DNA of 64,000 nt from Candidatus Omnitrophota bacterium (GCA_020632535.1 JACKFJ010000003.1:102166-166165); one strand, 5' to 3'. Positions 30,650 to 40,368 are shown, counted from the stretch's first letter. Notes: generated by a model not told the origin, from the letters alone. Translations and numbers: made by a program.

Positions 30650-32417
30650 ATCTGCCAATATCAATAGTCTTTGGGCTGACCTTATCATTGAGGAACTATT
30701 CCGTTGTGGGGTTGAATATTTTTGTGTCGCTCCGGGTTCACGCAGCGCGCCGCTGGCTATTGCGATTTCACAAAACAAAGCCGTAAAATCTGTTATTCAT
30801 TTTGATGAAAGAGGATTAGGTTTCCATGCTCTTGGCCTTACCGCCGCAACATTAAGGCCCACGGTTGTAATAACCACGTCGGGAACAGCTGCAGCTAATC
30901 TTTTTCCGAGCATCATTGAAGCCAGCAAAAAGAAATTACCCTTGATCATCATGACGGCTGACCGTCCTCCGGAATTACGCTTTACAGGTGCCAATCAAAC
31001 CATTGATCAAATTAAGATTTTTGGAGATCATGTGCGTTTTTTCTTCGACGTCCCATGTCCAACTTTGGAAATTGCCCCTGAAGTGATCTTGACAACAATT
31101 AATCAGAGTATCGCGCGCGCTAAAGGCGAACTGCCTGGACCAATTCATCTAAATTGCATGTTCCGTGAGCCATTAGTACAGACTTCGTCCACTAAACAAA
31201 ATTTTACCGATTATCTCAAATCGATCAAAAACTGGCAAAACACAACCGAACCATATACCACATACATTAAGGGAGCATTAAACGTTTCACCGGAAATGAT
31301 CAGCAAAACCGCCCAAATCGTAAAAACCGCAAAGAGCGGAATTATCGCGGTAGGGAAGATTAGCGGAAAAAATGATGAAGCGGCTGTGCTTGCTTTGGCC
31401 GAAAAACTCAATTGGCCTATCTTTGCCGATGTGACGTCTGGAATACGCTTAGGACATGACCAGACCGGTATTATTCATCATTTTGATCATATTTTACATG
31501 CCCTTGAGGATGACATTGTTGCAAAAAACTTTTCGGTCGACTGTGTTTTACATTTGGGCGGACGCTTAACCTCGAACCGTTGGTACAACTTCATAAAAAT
31601 TGTACGCCCCCACAACTACGTTATGGTTTTAAAGCATCCTTTACGCAATGATCCAAATCATATTGTTACATTGCGTTTACAAAGTGACATTAAAGATTTC
31701 TGTGATCGATTAGCACCGCAAGTCAGCGCAAAATCCAAATCGAGTCTTTTGAAAATTTTGCAAAAAACAGACAAAATCTGTGAGACGGCTATTCAAAACT
31801 ATTTTGAAGCAGATCAAGATCAATTATCCGAACCATCTACAATACGCTGCGTTACCGAATTAGTTCCTGAGAATTCCGGACTTTTTATTGGCAACAGTAT
31901 GCCTATCCGCGATTTTAATATGTTTTCTGCGAATACTGGAAAACGAGTTCGGGTTTCCGCAAACCGTGGTGCCAGCGGAATCGATGGGAACATTGCAACC
32001 GCAGCAGGGTTCGCGAAAGGACTGCAAGCGCCTTGCACCACAGTTATCGGTGACATCGCATTCTTGCATGACATTAATTCATTAAATTTATTGCAGGATG
32101 TGAACTATCCCTTCATAATCATCGTCATTAACAATAACGGTGGGGCCATATTTTCATTCTTGCCCGTTGCCAATGTGAAAAACGGTTTCGATAAATTTTT
32201 TACCACACCTCACAACCTAACCTTTGAACAAGCAGCAAAATTATTCAATCTTTCGTATAACTCCGTTACGACAAAAACGGAGCTAAAAAAGGCGTATTTG
32301 TTAGCGATCGACAGGCCCAATGCCACCATAATTGAAGTTCATTCCGACCCAACGAATAACCTTAAATATCATCGCGACATTGAAGCTAAGATTCATTTAT
32401 TCGCTAAAAAATCCTAA
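30633..32417 (+). CDS. menD: SEPHCHC synthase (2-succinyl-5-enolpyruvyl-6-hydroxy-3-cyclohexene-1-carboxylate synthase)
   Basis: 594 aa, TPP enzyme. Contains NSLWADLIIEEL..GVEYFCVAPGSRSAPL and TADRPPELR. It overlaps menF by 17 nt. Confidence 0.9.
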   Translation: MPLNLKSANINSLWADLIIEELFRCGVEYFCVAPGSRSAPLAIAISQNKAVKSVIHFDERGLGFHALGLTAATLRPTVVITTSGTAAANLFPSIIEASKKKLPLIIMTADRPPELRFTGANQTIDQIKIFGDHVRFFFDVPCPTLEIAPEVILTTINQSIARAKGELPGPIHLNCMFREPLVQTSSTKQNFTDYLKSIKNWQNTTEPYTTYIKGALNVSPEMISKTAQIVKTAKSGIIAVGKISGKNDEAAVLALAEKLNWPIFADVTSGIRLGHDQTGIIHHFDHILHALEDDIVAKNFSVDCVLHLGGRLTSNRWYNFIKIVRPHNYVMVLKHPLRNDPNHIVTLRLQSDIKDFCDRLAPQVSAKSKSSLLKILQKTDKICETAIQNYFEADQDQLSEPSTIRCVTELVPENSGLFIGNSMPIRDFNMFSANTGKRVRVSANRGASGIDGNIATAAGFAKGLQAPCTTVIGDIAFLHDINSLNLLQDVNYPFIIIVINNNGGAIFSFLPVANVKNGFDKFFTTPHNLTFEQAAKLFNLSYNSVTTKTELKKAYLLAIDRPNATIIEVHSDPTNNLKYHRDIEAKIHLFAKKS

Positions 32418-32707
32418 ATTTTTGACTGTGTCAAGAGTTTTATTTTAAATCTAATAATACCGCACAAGCTCGCAAGATGTTTATTTGCTTGAACTTACAG
32501 ATCTGACAGTAGATTCTTTGGATTTTTAAAGCCTATTTTTGAATATTTTTTACGACAAATTTGCTTTTTCGATTTTCATAGTGCATACTTCAACTATAAT
32601 TTTTTACTGTTCTCTTCCCAGTTGTGTATCCATCATTGAAAACTTAAAGCATTTGTTCAATTTACGATTCACACTCTAAAAAATCGTGTGAAAGACAATA
32701 TATCATT

Positions 32708-34372
32708 ATGCTGACAATCGAAAAGAAAAATAAAGAACAAAAGCCGAAAATCGGTGAGATCCTTTTAGCAAATGGCCTAATCCAACATCCGCAATTGGTA
32801 CGCGCGCTGGAAAGCCAAAAGCATAATCCTCGAAAGCTTGGGGAAGTTTTAGTTGAAATGGGGTTCATTGAAGAAGTCAAGCTTGTTGAAGTACTCGCGG
32901 ACATATTCCGCTTACCCTATATAAAGTTGAATGATGTTGTTATTGACGATGCCGCTTTGCAGTTAGTTTCATCCGAATACATGCAAAGCAATAAAGTTTT
33001 ACCGATCGCCCTTAAAGACGGCGTTTTGACAATCGCAATGCGTAATCCACTTGATGTTAGTCTTTTGCAGGAGCTGCAAATCAAGTGTGGTTGTCCGATT
33101 TATCCGGTTATGGCCAGCACAACAGAGATCAATGAACATCTTCCCAAATTTGTTGCTCATGTTCAGCGGATCAAAGAGCAGGCACAGGAAAATCGCATCA
33201 AGGAACAATCGTCACCAATGGTTCGGCTTGTCAATGATTTGCTCGAGCAGGCGATCGCGGAAAAAGTTTCGGACATCCATTTACAACCGCAAAAAAAGCA
33301 TTTACGTGTCCGTTTTCGCATTGACGGCATACTTTATGACAAGACGCCAATCGAAAAAATTTTAGAACGCCAAGTTCTTTCTCGTTTTAAAGTTATGGCC
33401 GGTATGGATGTGGCTGATAATCGCAAACCGCAGGACGGCCGCGCGATGGTCACATTTCGAGGACAGAATTACGATATTCGCTTATCGACAATTCCTGATA
33501 TTCTCGGTGAAAATCTTGTCATGCGAATTTTGACAAAGGATTATTTTAATAAAGACATGTCGGCGCTTGGCTTTGATAAAGTCGAAATCGATTTGATCAA
33601 TAAGATTGTTGAACGTCCGCATGGTCTTATTTTGACAACTGGGCCAACAGGCGCAGGAAAAACGACTACATTGTATTCAATGATGGAACGTTTAAACCAG
33701 CCCGGCCGCAACATCATCACGGTCGAAGATCCTGTTGAATATGAAATGACCGGGATCACTCAAACCGCGATCAATGATTTTATCGGGTATCGATTCGCAA
33801 CCGCGATCAGACACATTTTGCGTCATGATCCGGACATCATCATGATCGGCGAAATCCGTGACGTTGAGACAGCTGAAATCGCGATTCGTGCCGCTCTGAC
33901 AGGCCATTTGGTATTATCGACAATGCACACGAATACCGCGGCGGGCGCGATCACCAGACTTTTGGAAATGGACATTGAACCTTTCCTTATTAGTACAGCC
34001 GTCAGCGCGGTTTTTGCACAACGTCTTGCGCGCGTTCTTTGTCCACATTGTAAAGAGGAATATACGCCGACACCTGAGGTACAAAAAAGTTTAAAAGCCT
34101 TTTATCCTGATGGTACGGATTTGATTTTAGCAAAACCTGAAGGTTGCGTCCGATGTTTAAACACCGGATTCGCCGGCCGAACAGGAATTTATGAAATTCT
34201 TGATGTGGATGATGATTTTCGCTCTTTAATATTAAAAAGAGCCAGCGAAAAGGAAATGATCGCGGCCGCGAATAAAAACGGAATGAACAATTTGCGCGCG
34301 TCAGGAATTAAAAAAACAATTAAACAGATAACCAGTTTAGAAGAAATTATAAGAATTACCGCACACGAATAA
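32708..34372 (+). CDS. type II secretion/type IV pilus assembly ATPase (GspE/PilB family) with an MshEN-like N-domain
   Basis: 554 aa. Walker A GPTGAGKTT, Walker B DPDIIMIGEIRD, His box LSTMHTN, and a tetra-Cys site CPHC...CVRC. The N-terminus has a tandem 24-aa motif (see findings). Confidence 0.9.
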   Translation: MLTIEKKNKEQKPKIGEILLANGLIQHPQLVRALESQKHNPRKLGEVLVEMGFIEEVKLVEVLADIFRLPYIKLNDVVIDDAALQLVSSEYMQSNKVLPIALKDGVLTIAMRNPLDVSLLQELQIKCGCPIYPVMASTTEINEHLPKFVAHVQRIKEQAQENRIKEQSSPMVRLVNDLLEQAIAEKVSDIHLQPQKKHLRVRFRIDGILYDKTPIEKILERQVLSRFKVMAGMDVADNRKPQDGRAMVTFRGQNYDIRLSTIPDILGENLVMRILTKDYFNKDMSALGFDKVEIDLINKIVERPHGLILTTGPTGAGKTTTLYSMMERLNQPGRNIITVEDPVEYEMTGITQTAINDFIGYRFATAIRHILRHDPDIIMIGEIRDVETAEIAIRAALTGHLVLSTMHTNTAAGAITRLLEMDIEPFLISTAVSAVFAQRLARVLCPHCKEEYTPTPEVQKSLKAFYPDGTDLILAKPEGCVRCLNTGFAGRTGIYEILDVDDDFRSLILKRASEKEMIAAANKNGMNNLRASGIKKTIKQITSLEEIIRITAHE

Positions 34373-34385
34373 TGAAAATTAAAAA

Positions 34386-35588
34386 ATGCCAAATTATTTA
34401 TATAAACTCAAAGACGAAAACGGTAAAAACATTTATGGCTACGGGGAGGCTCGAGACACTCGTGAATTAAAATCCCGTCTTCGGGATTTCGGCGGATACT
34501 TTATCTCCGCGAAGATCTTTGATATCAAGAATCTCAAAAAACAAAAAGTCACATTCGACGCCTTGCTCATGTTCACGCACCGCCTGACTTCTCTTATTGA
34601 GTCCGGCATTCCGATTCTCTCAGCTCTTAACATCCTTTGGAAACAAAGCGAAGAAAAAACGATGCAGTTAGTCATTAGTCGCATGTATCGTCACGTCGAA
34701 GACGGCGAGACGATTTCAGCCGCGCTTGACGAGTTCCCTAATATTTTTCCTGTTCTATATCGATCTCTTATTCACGTTGCGGAAAAAACCGGTTCCATGG
34801 TTTTTATTTTACGTAAGATTGTCGAGCATCTTGAGTATCAAAGACAATTTATCACCCGCGTAAAAAAGGCAATGATGTACCCGATGATCGTTATGGGTTT
34901 GACAATTTTAGTTTTAATTGGGATGTTCACATTCGTCGTCCCGACATTTCAAAAAGTTCTTGTCGGCCTCAATGTCGAACTGCCGCTGATTACCCGAGTC
35001 GTTCTGGGTATTTCACAAATTATGCGCAATCCATTTTTTATTGTATTTGTAATATTTGCCATTGTGGGTCTTATCGTGACATACCGTGAAATGCGCAAAA
35101 TACCAGAAATTGGTTATAAGATTGATAAATACATTTTGTCTTTCCCGTTTTTTGGCAACCTTTTCTTAACAATGGCAATCAGCCGATTTATCAACTCATT
35201 ACGAGTTTTGATCGGTTCTGGTTTACCAATTGTCGAAGGTTTAGATGTTGCCAAATCAACCGTCACAAATAAATATTTGGTTAAGCATATAACCGATGTT
35301 AAGGAAGGTGTTAAGCAAGGCCATTCGCTCTATGAAACGTTCCGCGATACCAAAGTCTTTCCCATTCTCTTGGTGGAAATGCTCGGAATTGGTGAAAAAG
35401 TCGGAACCGTAACAAAAATTCTAGAAAGTTTAGCGCATCATTTTGATGAGGAAGTTGATTATAAGCTCAACAAGTTCTTAACAATCATTGATCCAATGCT
35501 TATTGTCATCGTAGGGACAATCATTATCTTTACAATGTTGGCCATTTATATGCCGATTTTCTCAATTTGGAATAAATTGGCTTCTTAA
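34386..35588 (+). CDS. type II secretion/type IV pilus platform protein (GspF/PilC family)
   Basis: 400 aa. Two repeated cytoplasmic T2SSF-like halves with 3 hydrophobic segments. Confidence 0.9.
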   Translation: MPNYLYKLKDENGKNIYGYGEARDTRELKSRLRDFGGYFISAKIFDIKNLKKQKVTFDALLMFTHRLTSLIESGIPILSALNILWKQSEEKTMQLVISRMYRHVEDGETISAALDEFPNIFPVLYRSLIHVAEKTGSMVFILRKIVEHLEYQRQFITRVKKAMMYPMIVMGLTILVLIGMFTFVVPTFQKVLVGLNVELPLITRVVLGISQIMRNPFFIVFVIFAIVGLIVTYREMRKIPEIGYKIDKYILSFPFFGNLFLTMAISRFINSLRVLIGSGLPIVEGLDVAKSTVTNKYLVKHITDVKEGVKQGHSLYETFRDTKVFPILLVEMLGIGEKVGTVTKILESLAHHFDEEVDYKLNKFLTIIDPMLIVIVGTIIIFTMLAIYMPIFSIWNKLAS

Positions 35589-35704
35589 AAAGGAGGGAAG
35601 AGACGAGTTAAAAAGTACATTCGTAACACAAGAGTAAAAATTATCGTACGAAAACAATAAACAATAATAAACAACAAAAAACACAAACAAGGGAGAATCA
35701 AAAA

Positions 35705-36016
35705 ATGAACGTCAAAACTAACAAAAAAGGTTTCACACTTACCGAAATCCTCATCGTCTTGGTCATTGCTGGTATTTTGCTCGCCTTGATCTTACCGAAC
35801 AGTTTAAAAGCTGTCCAACGCGGTAATGTGACTGCGAACAAGTCTGACATTCAGTCTTGCAGTACTGCAGCTCTTATCTGCTATTCCGAAAATGCGAATT
35901 CATGGGCAAGCTGCGATACCGTTGCTGAACTTGTATCTGGTGACTACTTAAAATCTGCACCTGCAGGCGTCACGATGGCACAAGATCAAACAACTGGTGG
36001 ATATTCTTGCCAATAA
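35705..36016 (+). CDS. short prepilin (probable major pilin/pseudopilin), class III signal peptide
   Basis: 103 aa. MNVKTNKKG|FTLTEILIVLVIAGILLALILP has Gly at -1, Phe at +1 and Glu at +5. The mature globular part has four Cys. AAGGGAG SD upstream. Confidence 0.85.
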   Translation: MNVKTNKKGFTLTEILIVLVIAGILLALILPNSLKAVQRGNVTANKSDIQSCSTAALICYSENANSWASCDTVAELVSGDYLKSAPAGVTMAQDQTTGGYSCQ

Positions 36017-36034
36017 TTTAACAAACCCCTTTTC

Positions 36035-36068
36035 GTATCGAGTGCGGGCATAAGCTCGCACTCGATAC
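36035..36068 (+). other. strong stem-loop immediately downstream of the pilin gene
   Basis: GTATCGAGTGCG-ggcataagct-CGCACTCGATAC is a 12-bp perfect stem, extendable to about 15 bp with an ATAA loop. No U-tract follows. Confidence 0.6.
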
Positions 36069-36086
36069 CAAAAGATAAAGGATAAT

Positions 36087-37586
36087 ATGGAAAAAGGATA
36101 TTTAGGTATAGAGATCGGCGAAAAACTCATTCGTTTCGTGTATGTCACGAAACAAAAGGGTGGATATACGCTTACGCGCGCGGGACAAATTGAAGTCAAT
36201 TTAAACTTCAACAGTCCGGGAGCATTGACTCATGCCATTCGCAACGTTGTAGAGAAAGAAGAACTTCTTCCTAAAAGAATCTTTACGACCATTTCTCGAA
36301 AAGATGTCCTAATCCACCAACAATTCATGCCGCGCATGAATGCCGCTGAATTATCCGAAGTTGTCCCCGACGAGATTGAAAAAATCCCGTTCTTCTACAA
36401 TCAAGCTTTTGAATATTCGTATACCGCATTTGTTCATAATAAAGAGAAAGACCGCATTCTCTTGGTCGCGGTCGCGCAAGAATTCTTGCGTTCTGTGATC
36501 GATGAAGTCGACGGCGCAAAACTTCCATTTCGCGACATCGAAATTGCGCCGCTTAATTTAAAAGATATTTTACCAAAACAGCGCGGAGCAAATCGCTGTG
36601 AAGCCATTCTCGTTGTGCAGGAACTCTGTTCCTATTTTTGTATCTATAAGGGGGACACCTATCTTGGCATTTATCGTTCACCTGTGGGCTCTGAACAAAT
36701 CATGTCCACCGTCAACGTTAATAATCAAGATCATATGATTTCAAATTGGGTTGGCGAGTTTGAACGCGTAGTCAAATCGCACAACGTGGATCATCCCCAG
36801 ACGCCTATTGAACAGGTTTGGCTCATCGCTGATAAATCTGTTTGTTTTCAATTTAGCACCAAATTAAGCAAGAGCCTTGACATCAATACGGAAATTTTAA
36901 ACTCAACAAATATTCCTAATCTGATTGTGTCGGAAACGATTGACTGGAACCCCAAATATGCCGCGGCCTTAACACCCCTGATGTTTGCGATTACCGGCAA
37001 AAAGCCGCTTTTTGCGCTCGATCACTTTTTTGCCAAATTCCAAGCGCAAAAATATGTGATGCTTATGCTTATCAAAAGTATTATTTTTCTCGCGGTCTTA
37101 ATTTCCGGCCTCGGTGGCATGAATTATTTTGTAAAAAAAGATCTGGTTTTCTTGTCCGGGGAGACCGTACGACTAAACACAGAAATTCAATTGCTTAACC
37201 GTAAAAATAAACACCTTTTCGATGAAAAAAACGCGTATCTAGATGTCCGCAAAAAACTTCTCGCGCAGGCTGGATATGTTCAGGAAATTAATCGCACATC
37301 TTGGACGCATGTCTTGGCGTCAATTGCCACGGAATTACCAGCAGAATTGAGTTTAACCGGTTTCAAATTTGCTGAATCCGGCGATGTCCAAATCAAAGGT
37401 GAAACATTTGATATCACCAATATCGCGGAAATGATTCGCAAAATCGACCAGTCGTCGATTTTGGAAGGTGGAAAGTTTGAATTCCTCAAAGAAAAAAAAT
37501 TAGAAGAAGCTAAAATATTCGATTTTGGAATTCAAGCCAACTTAAAAGGCAAAAAGGAAGAAAATAATGGACCAAAAAAAAATTAG
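36087..37586 (+). CDS. PilM-like actin-fold protein fused through one TM helix to a PilN-like domain
   Basis: 499 aa. The N-terminus YLGIEIGEKLIRFVYV...MNAAELSEVVPDEIEKIPF is typical of PilM. It is followed by a TM helix IIFLAVLISGLGGMNYFV, then a coiled coil plus a beta-rich tail. Confidence 0.75.
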   Translation: MEKGYLGIEIGEKLIRFVYVTKQKGGYTLTRAGQIEVNLNFNSPGALTHAIRNVVEKEELLPKRIFTTISRKDVLIHQQFMPRMNAAELSEVVPDEIEKIPFFYNQAFEYSYTAFVHNKEKDRILLVAVAQEFLRSVIDEVDGAKLPFRDIEIAPLNLKDILPKQRGANRCEAILVVQELCSYFCIYKGDTYLGIYRSPVGSEQIMSTVNVNNQDHMISNWVGEFERVVKSHNVDHPQTPIEQVWLIADKSVCFQFSTKLSKSLDINTEILNSTNIPNLIVSETIDWNPKYAAALTPLMFAITGKKPLFALDHFFAKFQAQKYVMLMLIKSIIFLAVLISGLGGMNYFVKKDLVFLSGETVRLNTEIQLLNRKNKHLFDEKNAYLDVRKKLLAQAGYVQEINRTSWTHVLASIATELPAELSLTGFKFAESGDVQIKGETFDITNIAEMIRKIDQSSILEGGKFEFLKEKKLEEAKIFDFGIQANLKGKKEENNGPKKN

Positions 37587-38217
37587 CCAGATCGCTATCT
37601 CAGTGTGTGTCATCGCGGTGCTTGCCATAGGATATTGGACTAGTATCAATATCAGTGCTTTACTCAAAACACGCAATGAATGGATTAATAAGACCCATGA
37701 ATTGTCTAAGGTCAAGCATGATGTCGCGGAAATCGAACGCCTACTGAGTTTTTACAAAAAGGAAAAAAGTGAGTTCCAAAAATATCTTTTTCAAGAAAAG
37801 GATATCCCGGGATTTTTGGATGGTTTGTCCGGATTTGCACAGAGCGCTGGAATCAATATCGTTGATATGAAAACCAATAAATTTCAGGAAGTGCGATTGC
37901 CTGATGCGATGAAGGAAAGCCAAAGCGAACTTGCTCGTAAAAAGTTGGATGCCAATGGGAATCCCACAGAATTAAGCAAGGACGAAATGAACCAAATGCT
38001 AACGTTGGCCGCAATGCCGATCAATATTAAAATCAAAGGGCCATATGAGTCAATTGTCAATTTTTACCGCCACTTAGAAAATTTTAAACAGTTGATCAGC
38101 ATCGGCAATATCGATATCGCGACAGCTAATAATGCCTATCCGGCGCTGCAATGCGATTTTACATTAAAAATATACAGTTTAAAAACCCTGGAAGAACTCC
38201 AAAACCACAGACAATGA
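37567..38217 (+). CDS. PilO/GspM-like bitopic alignment-complex protein
   Basis: 216 aa. One N-terminal TM helix, a coiled-coil segment, and a C-terminal alpha/beta domain. The call rests on position and topology only. Confidence 0.5.
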   Translation: MDQKKISQIAISVCVIAVLAIGYWTSINISALLKTRNEWINKTHELSKVKHDVAEIERLLSFYKKEKSEFQKYLFQEKDIPGFLDGLSGFAQSAGINIVDMKTNKFQEVRLPDAMKESQSELARKKLDANGNPTELSKDEMNQMLTLAAMPINIKIKGPYESIVNFYRHLENFKQLISIGNIDIATANNAYPALQCDFTLKIYSLKTLEELQNHRQ

Positions 38218-38675
38218 AAAACTATAATCCTATGCCACTCTTATTTGTAATTTGCCTTTTATCCGTTATCGGATGCGAACGTATTGCTTTTATGGATGAC
38301 AAAAAATCAGACGAGAATGTCATTATCGTTACGCCAGTTGAAGATCCACAATTGGCTAAGCTGATTATTAAGCCTAACCAAAAAGCCATACAAATTCCCC
38401 GAGATCCATTTAAACCAATTTATACCAATTCCAAGAATAAAACGGATCCTAAAAAAATCGGACCAATCCGAACACAATTTAGTGATATCTACTTTATTGG
38501 CATGGTCAAAATGGACCAAGAATCGATTGCTCTCTTAAAAAACGGAGACAAAAAATTAATGCTCAAAGTCAATGAGCAATATAAGGGTTATATTGTTAAA
38601 GAAATTAACAATACCCGTGTTGTCTTCTCTGATGGACAAAATCAAATAACGCTAAAAAGAGGTGGAAAAAAGTGA
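38214..38675 (+). CDS. PilP/GspC-HR-like lipoprotein
   Basis: The ATG at 38214 has an ATGA overlap (ORF track starts at 38151). Signal peptide plus lipobox LLSVIGC. The C-terminal beta-domain is ALLKNGDKKLMLKVNEQYKGYIVKEINNTRVVF. Confidence 0.5.
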   Translation: MKNYNPMPLLFVICLLSVIGCERIAFMDDKKSDENVIIVTPVEDPQLAKLIIKPNQKAIQIPRDPFKPIYTNSKNKTDPKKIGPIRTQFSDIYFIGMVKMDQESIALLKNGDKKLMLKVNEQYKGYIVKEINNTRVVFSDGQNQITLKRGGKK

Positions 38676-40357
38676 AAAATTATTTATTAAACAATTTCCG
38701 CGGGATCGCTCTAACGCTGTTTATCAGTGTGGGTATCACCGCAATGACATTTCCGCAGACACCCGTGTTTGCCGAATATAGAACGGAGGTCAGTGCTGAC
38801 ACACAATTAGCCGCAGTTAGTAAGCCATATCTCGGCGAAAGTGATTTGCAAACAGTCGAAGCAAATACCTCAGAATTAGACGAGATCAACGCCATACTCA
38901 AAGCGACTTCACGCAAAATCGCGCTTTTAGAATCTGGTTCGAACGCGACATCCGCAAAAGAAAAGCCGATAGTCATGAGCGATCGCGCTCCGGCTGATCA
39001 AATGATGTATGCACCAAAAACAACGACTGATGACCGCTTTGAAGAAGAACTTCGTAAGCAATCTAATGAAAGCATAGTCGCGGCACAAAGCATTTCACAA
39101 GAGTATAAAAAAGCCAAAGCCATCAAATTAAAAGTCGGCACGCCGAATTCCACATACGAAGCACCAATTGCCTATGAAACTCAGGATGAAGTCATAAAGA
39201 GTGTTATCTCGGATGAAGTCCTCCGTAAAAAGGTCGATCTTGATTTTGATGAAACCGCGCTCGGAGATATTATCCAAACCATCAGCAAAATCGCGGAAGT
39301 CAATATTGTCCTTGACCCGACACTTAAAATGAATAAATTTGATTTGCATCTGACATCAGTCAGTATTCAAGAAGCTCTTTTGCTAATCGGAGATTCTTTT
39401 AAAGTTGGATACAAACGCGTCGGCGACTCCTTATATGCCACGTTGCGTGAGGAGCTTTTACAGCAAAGCCAAACATCACGCGTTTTTCAGTTGAAAAATA
39501 TCAATGTCGCGCAAGCCAAAGAGCTTTTGGGTGATATGGCCAAAAAGATTCAATCCAGCCAAGACCTCAATAGTTTGATTGCCGTCGGACAACCCGAAGA
39601 AATTGAAAAGATGGAAAAAGCCATCAATCGTTTGGATCGTCCACAACCTCAAGTTGTACTCGAAGCAAAAATTATTGAAATTACCCGTGATGGACTTAAA
39701 GACTTGGGTGTTGACTGGTCTGATCAAATCAGCACAGGCTTTCAGGAAAGTGGACGTCCCGTCAGTTTCGGAAATATCGAAAACTCACCTGACAATGCCA
39801 TTAAGCTTTATTCGTTAGCCCGCAATCCCGTGCAATTTACCGCGGCTTTGCAGATGTTAGAAAACCAAAACAAAGCAAAAATCTTGTCAAGCCCGAGTGT
39901 TTCAACGCTCAATGGGAAAGAATCCCAGATTTTCGTTGGAGACCGTATTCCATATACCACAACCAATGTGACCGGCGGCGTAGCGACAACCGACGTGCGC
40001 TGGGTTGAACCGGGTATTCGTTTGACAATTACACCAAGTATCATTGGTGAAGACTTTGTTGTCATTAAAGTACAGCCGGAAGTCAGTTTTATTTTCGCCT
40101 TCCGTGGGCCTAACAATGAATTCCCACACATCAAAACGCGTGAAGCAACAGCATATGTACGTATAAAAAACAATGAGCCGTTTGTTTTAGGTGGTTTGTT
40201 AGGACAAGAAGACAAGAAGAATCTTTATAAAGTTCCTCTTCTGGGAAATATTCCTTGGGTTGGAAATTTATTCAGCCATGAAAAAACAACAACGTCCGAT
40301 GTGGAATTGATTATCACAATCACACCGACGATTGTTTATGGAAATTTGAGTAACTAA
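38672..40357 (+). CDS. secretin (PilQ/GspD family)
   Basis: 561 aa, GTG start with a GTGA overlap. Signal-like N-terminus. An N-domain (LDFDETALGDIIQTISKIAEVNIVLDP) is followed by the secretin C-domain ending VPLLGNIPWVGNLFSHEKTTTSDVELIITITPTIV. Confidence 0.88.
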   Translation: MKNYLLNNFRGIALTLFISVGITAMTFPQTPVFAEYRTEVSADTQLAAVSKPYLGESDLQTVEANTSELDEINAILKATSRKIALLESGSNATSAKEKPIVMSDRAPADQMMYAPKTTTDDRFEEELRKQSNESIVAAQSISQEYKKAKAIKLKVGTPNSTYEAPIAYETQDEVIKSVISDEVLRKKVDLDFDETALGDIIQTISKIAEVNIVLDPTLKMNKFDLHLTSVSIQEALLLIGDSFKVGYKRVGDSLYATLREELLQQSQTSRVFQLKNINVAQAKELLGDMAKKIQSSQDLNSLIAVGQPEEIEKMEKAINRLDRPQPQVVLEAKIIEITRDGLKDLGVDWSDQISTGFQESGRPVSFGNIENSPDNAIKLYSLARNPVQFTAALQMLENQNKAKILSSPSVSTLNGKESQIFVGDRIPYTTTNVTGGVATTDVRWVEPGIRLTITPSIIGEDFVVIKVQPEVSFIFAFRGPNNEFPHIKTREATAYVRIKNNEPFVLGGLLGQEDKKNLYKVPLLGNIPWVGNLFSHEKTTTSDVELIITITPTIVYGNLSN

Positions 40358-40368
40358 AAAGTCATTGT

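Noticed and set aside
32668-32692. Inverted repeat TTCACAC-N11-GTGTGAA 16 nt upstream of the pilus ATPase start
   Set aside because: It is a real 7-bp inverted repeat, but it is short and is the only copy I could find. It could be a 5' UTR hairpin or an operator, and the evidence is insufficient to call either.
32418-32707. Mobile-element boundaries (att sites, direct repeats, integrase, tRNA) flanking the pilus cluster
   Set aside because: By eye, comparing 32418-32707 with 44282-44416 showed no shared repeat longer than about 6 nt. There is no recombinase or tRNA in or next to the cluster.
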